A DNA stretch of 40,535 nucleotides from a virus: positions 1-40,535 of IMG/VR virus record IMGVR_UViG_3300036832_000511. One strand, 5' to 3'. The position numbers were made by a program, and so were the translations under genes. Below, piece after piece: positions 1 to 6,756 of the stretch. Positions within the stretch are counted from its first letter, which is position 1. The number at the start of each line of letters is the position of its first letter. Under the pieces are notes generated by a model. That model did not search any database. It was not told where the DNA came from and saw nothing but the letters and a program-made list of their open reading frames with translations.

Positions 1-127
1 GTCCAGCAGATCGGTGACCCGGAGCTGCAGCTCGCGGCGCACCCGATCCTTGTCGGGGAGTTGGCTCATGCCGCCGCCTCCACGTTCCGCGTCGAGGTTC
101 GCGCGATCGACAGCAACAGGTCGCGGA
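1..127. repeat. Terminal overlap copy 1, identical to 40409-40535.
   Basis: Direct comparison of the two ends shows an exact 127-nt match. The repeat lies inside coding sequence: the primase start ATG (69..67) overlaps the stop of the 66..698 gene. Confidence 0.95.
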
Positions 128-698
128 ACTCGGGCGGGGTCGCCTCGCGGATCTGCGTCTTCGCCTTGCCGCCGACCGCAGCCATCACCCCGGTGCGGCG
201 CGCCTTCTCGTAGCCGACGCGCTCGACGTAGCCAGCCGGCAGGCGCTGCGCGCCCCGGCCCCACGGCAGCGACGGCAGCTCGACGTGCGCCGCGTAGAGC
301 CACGTCCCCTTGCGCGCCAGATGGCCGAAGTGCCCCTCGATCGAGCACGTGCAGCCGCCGAAGCTGTCCGCACGATGCCAGCCGCCGGTCAGCGGCGGCA
401 TGATCCCGTACCAGTCCCAGGCCTCCGAGTGCGCCGGGTGCTCCAGCACCCCGCCGAACGTCCGCACCGCCCAGAGCGCCACGGCGAAGCAGCCCTGGTC
501 GGCGCCCAGGTCGAACTGGTGCGGCTTGTTGGGGGTGCCGTGCCAGTACCGACCCCACCGCTGGCAGGGCGGGTGCGCCACGACGGGGTGCGGGCCGCCG
601 TAGCTGCGCGCATCGCGGGCCGCGTCCCAGACCTCGACGTCGGGCAGGCCGGCGTAGGCGCCCTCGGGATTCACGAAGAGGGCGGCCACGGTTTTCAT
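66..698 (-). CDS. Compact C5-cytosine-methyltransferase-like protein (210 aa) of uncertain function.
   Basis: This is the internal start MKTVAALF of ORF 66..1007, with ATG at 698 forming an ATGA overlap with the stop of 695..1243. Motifs seen are AHPPCQRW (like C5-MTase motif IV, PCQ), GGVLEHPAHS (like motif VI, ENV) and REATPPEF (like motif X). The protein is too short to contain a normal target-recognition domain. Confidence 0.4.
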   Translation of the reverse strand: MKTVAALFVNPEGAYAGLPDVEVWDAARDARSYGGPHPVVAHPPCQRWGRYWHGTPNKPHQFDLGADQGCFAVALWAVRTFGGVLEHPAHSEAWDWYGIMPPLTGGWHRADSFGGCTCSIEGHFGHLARKGTWLYAAHVELPSLPWGRGAQRLPAGYVERVGYEKARRTGVMAAVGGKAKTQIREATPPEFRDLLLSIARTSTRNVEAAA

Positions 699-1243
699 TC
701 CGCCGCCTCGGCTCGCGGGAACGTGATGATCCGGGCGTCGAGTTCGCCACAATTTTTTGTCGGATGAACCGAGCCAGCGGTTGCGGCGATCTCCCTTATG
801 CCTCCAATGATTGCCTCGCGCCAGCGCACCTGTTCGGCCGACTCCACCATGCCCGCCAGCTCGTAGGCGCGCGCCAGGCCGGCGCCGGCTTCCTCGACCA
901 CTTCGACCAGCTCGGCCGCCCAGGCCTGGCGCGCACGGATCTCCAGCACGACCGTGCGGCGCTCCAGCAGCGGCGATGAGGCGGCGTTCTTGCGGACCTC
1001 CTCGCACTGCGAGGTCACCGTGTCGCGGTGCATGCCGATCACCTGGGCGAGGCCCGCGTAGGTGCAGTCCGCGGTCAGCACCGCGACGTAGAGGGCGAGC
1101 TTGCGCGGCTCCCAGTAGCTCGGGTCAGCGCGCCGGGCGCCGCTCGTCGCGGCCAGCTCTTTCGGGTTCAGCCCGTAGGCGCGCGCGGTCACCTCGACGG
1201 CGGCCCGCCAGGCTGCGGAGATTGTGATCGCCGCGCGCGCCAT
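695..1243 (-). CDS. DnaA C-terminal-domain-like HTH DNA-binding protein.
   Basis: ATG at 1243. The segment RKLALYVAVLTADCTYAGLAQVIGMHRDTVTSQCEEV resembles the DnaA domain IV helix-turn-helix. It is the first gene of the leftward early operon. Confidence 0.5.
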   Translation of the reverse strand: MARAAITISAAWRAAVEVTARAYGLNPKELAATSGARRADPSYWEPRKLALYVAVLTADCTYAGLAQVIGMHRDTVTSQCEEVRKNAASSPLLERRTVVLEIRARQAWAAELVEVVEEAGAGLARAYELAGMVESAEQVRWREAIIGGIREIAATAGSVHPTKNCGELDARIITFPRAEAAE

Positions 1244-1791
1244 CGGCGCTAGCGGGGTCGATCAAGAAACACCGTGCTCGGATTGAAACTTGCGTCCGCT
1301 GCGACTCGCCCGCGCATCGCCGCCTCCCGCTAGAGGAAGCGATCAAGCAAGACCTTTCTCGCCGATTTGACAAGAGTGCGACGTGCCAAAGCTTGAGGTT
1401 TTCGGTGACTAGTTGTGCTCACACGTGGTCGTCCCAGCGTTCATTCTGTATACCCGCCACTAATCACACCCCACCGCATCCGATAACATTGCCGCACATT
1501 CGGCGTCTGTTTCACGTGGAACATCACGAATGCTTGCCTTTGTCTTGACACCATCCGAGCGCAGTCCTTCACTGCCTAGCGCATCCGGAGGGAAACCCAG
1601 CTCAAGGGAGGCCGGTAGTGCCCAGTTCCCGATCGAGCCACGCGCCATCGACGGGCCCGCTGATCAGCGAGTTTCCGAAACGAAGACGACCAGAGGCCCG
1701 CCATTTTCGGTGGGCCTTCGTCTTTACCGCCATCGTGCTGCCCGTCGCGACCTGGGCGGCGCTCGCTCTCGTTTTGCCCCGGTGATTTTCA
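1244..1791. promoter_or_regulatory. Divergent control region between the leftward replication operon and rightward xis-int. Visibly AT-richer than its flanks.
   Basis: A 548-bp non-coding gap. It contains two CACGTGG boxes (about 1424-1430 and 1514-1520), a GTGCGAC box (1376-1382) also seen at 33021-33039, and a TTGACA at 1545-1550. Confidence 0.45.
1683..1724 (+). terminator. Strong two-part stem-loop (7 + 8 bp) with a short T run; terminator-like.
   Basis: AAGACGA..GGCCCGCC attttc GGTGGGCC.TCGTCTT followed by T. No annotated gene ends here. Confidence 0.3.
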
Positions 1792-2094
1792 ATGCTCATT
1801 ACCTCCGACCAGACCGCCGCCCGCGTGGGCGTGAGCCCCGATCATTTCCGGCGCTCCTACCGCGACTGGATCGCCACCCGCGGCTTCCCGCGCCCCGCCA
1901 GCCCGAGCCGCCGGCTCAAGTGGATGAGCGAAGCGGTCGACGCCTGGATGGTCCGACAGAGCCGACCCGAAGGCATGGAGCTGGAGCCGCCCAACGATCC
2001 CGATCCGCCCGCCAGGTCGACAGCCGATCGCCAGCGCCGCGCCATGCGTGAGGTCGAGCGCATCACGCGAGGCCGAAGCTCGTCGCCAGGCTGA
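1792..2094 (+). CDS. AlpA/excisionase-family HTH protein.
   Basis: The N-terminus MLITSDQTAARVGVSPDHF...GFPRP...W...VDAWM matches the AlpA/Xis-type pattern. It sits immediately upstream of the integrase. Confidence 0.65.
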   Translation: MLITSDQTAARVGVSPDHFRRSYRDWIATRGFPRPASPSRRLKWMSEAVDAWMVRQSRPEGMELEPPNDPDPPARSTADRQRRAMREVERITRGRSSSPG

Positions 2095-2132
2095 GCTGCG
2101 ACTCGGCGCCACTTGCGGCGTCGGAAAAATCA

Positions 2133-3638
2133 ATGGATGGTAAGGCTGAGTTTGTTTCCAGCGAGGACACCAGCATGCCTGCCAAGACCAGCCGTAAGCC
2201 TGCGAAATCGCAGGCCTTCCAACCCCGCTTCTTCAAGTGGCGCGACGGTCACCCGCGCTGGGAGCCGTCGCCCAAGTTCCGCCAGCTCGGCTGGAAGGGT
2301 TACGACTTCCGCGACCTGACGAGCGGCGCGTGGCTCACCCGCGGCGCGGCCTGCGATCTGGCCGATCAGATCAACGCCGCACTCGACGGCTGGCTGCGTA
2401 AGGAGCCGGTCCCGGAGTGGATGGGGAAACTCGCCCCGCATGGCGCCCATGCCATTACCGCCCCGGCGCCTGAGTCCTTCTCGGCCGGCGCACTCTCGAT
2501 CGGCGCGCTGCTCGACGACTATCTGGACGATCCCAAGCCCTTCAGGGACGTGCTCGCCGACGCCACGCGCCGGCAGTACCGATCCTGCATGAAGGTCCTG
2601 ATCGAGACGGTCGCGGCCGGCATGATGATGACCGTCGCCGAGCTGCGCCGCCAGGATATCGCCGTGCTGCAACTCTCCGACACCCCAGGTGCCCGCTTCC
2701 ATCTGCTCGACGCCTACGACGTCATCCACGCCCGCAGCCCGTCGATGGCGTACTCGACGCTCACCATCGCCACCGGCTGGTTCAACTGGATGCGGCGCAA
2801 GCGCAGCATCCGCGATCCGAACCCCTGCCTCGATATCCCCAAGACCCCGGTGCCCGGCCGCATCGTCACGCTCGACCAGACCGAGATCGACGCCCTGGTC
2901 GAGGTTTTCGAGTGGCTGGGCGTGCCGTCGCTCGGCGACATGGTCGTGCTCGGCGTCGACCTAACCTGGGAGCAGCAGAGCCTGATCAGCCTCACGTGGG
3001 ACCAGCTCGATGACGAGTTCTACGTCGCCGGGGCGCGCGAGAAGACCGGCATCAGCGGCATCCCGCGTCTTTCCAAACGCGCCATCGCCCGCATCGGCGA
3101 GATCCGACAGCGATGGATCGACGCCGGTGGCGCGACCGCAGATCTGCACGACAAGCACGTGTTCCTCTGTGAGCTGCCCTCCCGCCGCCAGCACTGCACC
3201 GAACATGGCTCGCAGACGTGCCTCCCATGCATCGGCCGCCGCTGGAAGGCTGACACCGTTCGCGAGTATTTCGAACTGGCGCGCGAGATCGCCAGCAGCG
3301 CGCCGGGCCTGCCACGCCAGTACGCCCGGCTCGATGACGGCAGTCGCGTCGGCTACCCCGCTATCCTCGACAAGCAGTTCCGAGATCTGCGCGACACCGG
3401 CATCACCCGCTGCGCCGAGGCGCAGATGACCTTCTCCGAGATCGCCACCCGCTCGCGTCACAGCGAGGCGACGATCGCCAAGATCGTCGGTAGCCACTAC
3501 CTCGAAAAGACCCAGCGCATGGCGGACTCGGCGACCGATAAGCTCGACGCCCTCCATGACGGTGAGGGTAGCCACCAGGCGGCCAAGCTCGCAAAGATGC
3601 GTACCCGCGCTGCTAAGTTGCGGCTGGTTAGCGGCTGA
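2133..3638 (+). CDS. int: Tyrosine recombinase / phage integrase (divergent). The likely real start is ATG 2175.
   Basis: The C-terminal box is RDLRDTGITRC...ATRSRHSEATIAKIVGSHYLE (LR..T / RHS / Y pattern). ATG 2175 has a GAGGA Shine-Dalgarno 9 nt upstream, whereas 2133 has none. The gene is adjacent to Xis and to a repeat-rich attP-like region. Confidence 0.75.
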   Translation: MDGKAEFVSSEDTSMPAKTSRKPAKSQAFQPRFFKWRDGHPRWEPSPKFRQLGWKGYDFRDLTSGAWLTRGAACDLADQINAALDGWLRKEPVPEWMGKLAPHGAHAITAPAPESFSAGALSIGALLDDYLDDPKPFRDVLADATRRQYRSCMKVLIETVAAGMMMTVAELRRQDIAVLQLSDTPGARFHLLDAYDVIHARSPSMAYSTLTIATGWFNWMRRKRSIRDPNPCLDIPKTPVPGRIVTLDQTEIDALVEVFEWLGVPSLGDMVVLGVDLTWEQQSLISLTWDQLDDEFYVAGAREKTGISGIPRLSKRAIARIGEIRQRWIDAGGATADLHDKHVFLCELPSRRQHCTEHGSQTCLPCIGRRWKADTVREYFELAREIASSAPGLPRQYARLDDGSRVGYPAILDKQFRDLRDTGITRCAEAQMTFSEIATRSRHSEATIAKIVGSHYLEKTQRMADSATDKLDALHDGEGSHQAAKLAKMRTRAAKLRLVSG

Positions 3639-3710
3639 CTTAGCCAGCTTCCTCTCCTGTCGTGACGTATTTTAGGTGAGCGAAATCAGCGCATTAGAAC
3701 GCAGGGACTT

Positions 3711-3975
3711 CGTCGGAAGCGCCAGAACGCTTCCGACGAAGCTTCCGACGTCGCCCTCGAATCCATCAGTCGACGGACGTTTCCGACGGATTTCCGACGA
3801 AAGCTTCCGACGAACGCCCCTTTTGTTCACATTTTCCGACATTCGACCACATTCAAAAGCGTTTAAAAACAGACACTTACCCGGCGACCACGTTAAGAGG
3901 CGATCAACTGGGCGACATTGTTTTCATTGGGTTTTTCAGGATTTCCGACGAAAATCCGCGTCGGAAATCCGACGA
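3711..3975. promoter_or_regulatory. attP-like region with about 10 arm-type repeats of TTCCGACG around an AT-rich core.
   Basis: Forward copies lie at 3731, 3743, 3781, 3792, 3805, 3834 (degenerate) and 3943. Reverse copies lie at 3711 and 3959, and a partial copy at 3967. There is a perfect 10-bp inverted repeat ATTTCCGACG-N8-CGTCGGAAAT at 3941-3968 and an AT-rich stretch at 3841-3870. Confidence 0.6.
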
Positions 3976-3982
3976 CGCCCTC

Positions 3983-4228
3983 TCACGCCGCCTCATCAAC
4001 CCTCGCGAACAGGTCAAGCTGCCCCTCCAATTCCTTCGGCGCCGGCGGTGCGCGGCCCAGCAGCCCCGCCCTGGCGTAGGTGTGCGCGAGCGACACCTTG
4101 GCCCGCATCAGGTTCAGGTCGCTCTTGTCCCTGAACTCGATCTTGGTGGCTTCGACGATCAGCGCCAGCCAGTAGCGCGCGTGGCTGGAGTGACGCCCGG
4201 CCTGCAGCCCTGCATTCGTCTCGCTCAT
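3983..4228 (-). CDS. Hypothetical protein (81 aa), last gene of the late operon.
   Basis: Internal start MSETNAGL of ORF 3983..4348, forming an ATGA overlap with the stop of the lipoprotein gene. GC3 is high in this frame. Confidence 0.55.
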   Translation of the reverse strand: MSETNAGLQAGRHSSHARYWLALIVEATKIEFRDKSDLNLMRAKVSLAHTYARAGLLGRAPPAPKELEGQLDLFARVDEAA

Positions 4229-4410
4229 GGCTTCACCTTGTCGGTCTTCACCGGGTTGCGCGTCGACACGCCGTGCGCGCTGACGCCCATGTCGATGCTG
4301 GCCTTGAGGTGCGCGTCGTAGCTGACGCCGGCCGCCGTCGTCGCGCAACCCGCCAGCCCCAGGATCATCGTGGCGAGCAGCCCCCTAGCCGTAGCGCCAT
4401 ACTGCGCCAT
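4225..4410 (-). CDS. Small lipoprotein (61 aa); candidate o-spanin or superinfection-exclusion lipoprotein.
   Basis: Internal start MAQYGATARGLLATMILGLAGC with a lipobox L-A-G-C. GC3 is high. It overlaps the tailspike 3' end by 26 nt. Confidence 0.55.
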   Translation of the reverse strand: MAQYGATARGLLATMILGLAGCATTAAGVSYDAHLKASIDMGVSAHGVSTRNPVKTDKVKP

Positions 4411-6565
4411 CAGAGTAGACCGGCATGTTGGTGGCGCCGCCGCCGGCCGCCGCGCCTGCGAAGGCCGGCGTCCCCGATGCATCCGTGATGAACGCCCGCG
4501 AGCCGGCGCCCATCGTCACCGGCGACGGCAGCGCCGCGAACGTCCCGGTCTGCGGCTTGATCGGCACGGCCGAGACGAGCTGCGTCGGCCCGAAGGTCAT
4601 CAGCGTGACGCCGCTGTTGTACGCCACTATCCCGTTGGCGTTGATCTTCAGGGCCAGGTTGTTGCCGACGAAGATATCGTATTCGTTGGCGGATCGATTG
4701 TAGGTCAGATAGTCCTGCGCGTCGAAACCGAAGGTCGGGTTGCCCGACTGCATTTGCGCGTAGAACGCGACGTCGCCGAACTCTACTTCTTGGGCGGTCA
4801 GTGTACTGAACTTGGTCAGCCCGCCAAAGGATACGCCGATATCGACGTTCAGGTTGACCAGCACCCCGGTCAGCGAAGAAGTCATCGGCCCCGTAACGAG
4901 GCGATCGGCGAACACCAAGTTGCCGGCGCCAGAAATCGTTAACGTGTCCCAGACGTTGCCGAACAACTGCAGCAGCGAGTTGGCCGGGATATTCAAGGTG
5001 CCCGGGCAATGGATGACGTTCGAGCTGAGCGTCACCTTGGAGAACTGAACGGTCGGGTTGAGGATGAAGTTCTGCGAATAGAACTCATTGCCGTGGATCG
5101 CCCAGTCCGCCGGCTGCGTGGCGGCGTTCAAAGCAAACGCCGGCACGTTGGGGCAGTTGATCGTGCAGTCGGTGATGCACAGCCGGTTGAGGATGGCGCA
5201 GCTACTGTCCGTGTAGAACGCAGCCCCGCTGATGCCTTCCCAGTGACACTGCTCGAACTTGAACTCCAGCGCGTTGCTGTCGGTATGACTGACGCCCACC
5301 CATTCCACGCCGTGCCCTGGCGCGTTCACACCCTGATTGAACTGGCACTGGCTGAAGAACACCCCGTTCGGCCCCGCGCCCGCCGTGCCGCCGCCGGTGA
5401 TCCGCACATAAGCCGTGCAATTCAGGTCCGCGCCGCCGTTCTGGCCGAAGCGGCTTTGGCTAATGAACAGCTCCGGCCAGGTATTCACCGAGAGATGGAG
5501 GTTCGTGATCGCGGCTGTGTAGAGCTTCCGTCCGCACGAATGTATGCCGTAGGGCGGATCGGCCCGCCAGTTAAACCCGATGCCATGATTGCGCGAGCCG
5601 ATCTCATCAAGCGAAACCGCATAGCCGTCCTTCACGAAGACACCGAACGTACCAACCCCCGGTGTCCCGGCCGCCCGATCCACTGTGCATGACTTGAAGA
5701 CGGTGGACTTAAGATTGCCGCCGTCGCCCACCTGCACACAGGTCGCCACCCCCAGGTCGAACACCAGCCGCGTGCCGCCCACCAGATCGGGGAAGAACGC
5801 GTCGCCGATCAGCGCCACGCCAGACGGGATGACGATGCCGGCCGACAGCCGATAGGCCGCCGCCGCCATGCGGATCACGGTGTAGCCAGAGTGCAGCGCC
5901 GCCTGGAACGCCGGGTAACTGTCGAAGGCGAGGTTGCCGCCCTGCGCGCCCCAGTTCTCGACATAGGCTTGCGGCGCCTGCGAGGGCGGGAAGTTGGGCA
6001 GCCCCCAGAACTTTAGCCGGCCGCCGCTGTCGGTGCCCATCAGCATGTTGGGCTCGGCGCCGTAGGGCCACTCGTAGAACGCGCCGTTCTCGTCGACGCC
6101 CCAGAGCGTGCTGGGGATCAGCTCGACCAGCGGCGGGTTGACGCCCGGCGGGACGCGCAGCGTGCGCCCCTGCACGGTGTTCATTTCCTGCACCTGCCGC
6201 TCGACGTTATCCAGCGCATCCTCGCTCGACTTCGGCGAGAAGCCGACCATTTCGCCGAACGTCGAGGGCTGGCTGCGCGGCGTGCGGCGCGCCACCACGA
6301 TCTGCGCTCCCGGCAGCCACGCGCCGCCCGGGTCCAGCATGTACGCCGCCAGCGTCACGAAGCCGCCGTTGGTCAGGGTCGGGTTGTAGGCGGTCAACGT
6401 GTAGTCCGCGCCCTGGCTCAGCAGGCCGCCCCAGGTCACGCCGTCGTAGGTCAGATAGACCGCAACGTCGCTCGGCGCGTTGTAGGGCCAGACGGTGTTG
6501 AAGGGACCGAGCGTCGCGCCGGTCAGCGCATAGACCGACTCGGTGGTGACGGGCGTAACGCTCAC
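4385..6565 (-). CDS. Tailspike / tail fibre with a right-handed beta-helix (pectate-lyase-like) domain.
   Basis: GTG start at 6565. It has a tail-fibre-like N-terminal adaptor, then ENWGAQGGNLAFDSYPAFQAAL...VIPSGVALIG, typical of pectate-lyase-type tailspikes. Its position after the ejection proteins corresponds to T7 gp17. Confidence 0.7.
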   Translation of the reverse strand: MSVTPVTTESVYALTGATLGPFNTVWPYNAPSDVAVYLTYDGVTWGGLLSQGADYTLTAYNPTLTNGGFVTLAAYMLDPGGAWLPGAQIVVARRTPRSQPSTFGEMVGFSPKSSEDALDNVERQVQEMNTVQGRTLRVPPGVNPPLVELIPSTLWGVDENGAFYEWPYGAEPNMLMGTDSGGRLKFWGLPNFPPSQAPQAYVENWGAQGGNLAFDSYPAFQAALHSGYTVIRMAAAAYRLSAGIVIPSGVALIGDAFFPDLVGGTRLVFDLGVATCVQVGDGGNLKSTVFKSCTVDRAAGTPGVGTFGVFVKDGYAVSLDEIGSRNHGIGFNWRADPPYGIHSCGRKLYTAAITNLHLSVNTWPELFISQSRFGQNGGADLNCTAYVRITGGGTAGAGPNGVFFSQCQFNQGVNAPGHGVEWVGVSHTDSNALEFKFEQCHWEGISGAAFYTDSSCAILNRLCITDCTINCPNVPAFALNAATQPADWAIHGNEFYSQNFILNPTVQFSKVTLSSNVIHCPGTLNIPANSLLQLFGNVWDTLTISGAGNLVFADRLVTGPMTSSLTGVLVNLNVDIGVSFGGLTKFSTLTAQEVEFGDVAFYAQMQSGNPTFGFDAQDYLTYNRSANEYDIFVGNNLALKINANGIVAYNSGVTLMTFGPTQLVSAVPIKPQTGTFAALPSPVTMGAGSRAFITDASGTPAFAGAAAGGGATNMPVYSDGAVWRYG

Positions 6566-6569
6566 GGCG

Positions 6570-6722
6570 TCAGCCGCCGTGCAGGGCGCCCAAGGCCCAA
6601 ATGATCGCCGCGACCATGAAGCACGCGCGGGCGATGCGCTCGCCGTAGGGCACCGGCCACGTGGCGAGGAACCACAAGATGAAGCCGACGACGACGGCGA
6701 GCACGAAGAGCAGGTTCATCAT
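6570..6722 (-). CDS. Small two-TM membrane protein (50 aa), not in the supplied ORF track; holin-like candidate.
   Basis: Hand translation gives MMNLLFVLAVVVGFILWFLATWPVPYGERIARACFMVAAIIWALGALHGG. It fills the gap between 6757..9645 and the tailspike. Confidence 0.5.
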   Translation of the reverse strand: MMNLLFVLAVVVGFILWFLATWPVPYGERIARACFMVAAIIWALGALHGG

Positions 6723-6756
6723 CGCCCCAGGATGCGGCCTGGGGCGGGCAGTCGGA

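Noticed and set aside
1-127. The terminal 127-bp repeat as a biological T7-like direct terminal repeat.
   Set aside because: It lies within an operon across an ATGA-coupled gene junction. Its exact length of 127 is characteristic of an assembler overlap on a circular or permuted template.
1460-2051. ORFs 1460..1648 (-) and 1530..2051 (+) as a repressor or cro-type gene in the divergent region.
   Set aside because: The + ORF runs through the hairpin and into xis in another frame with an Arg/Pro-rich product. The - ORF has mixed codon bias and no recognisable HTH. Neither could be supported.
3640-3982. A tRNA or tmRNA 3' fragment at attP (a TCGAATCC-like string near 3767-3775).
   Set aside because: The flanking bases cannot form a T-arm on either strand, and no acceptor or CCA context is present. 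No tRNA-like structure was found by eye anywhere in the window.
4385-6565. A diversity-generating retroelement or template/variable repeat pair targeting the tailspike.
   Set aside because: No reverse transcriptase gene is present, and no second copy of any tailspike segment was noticed elsewhere in the window.
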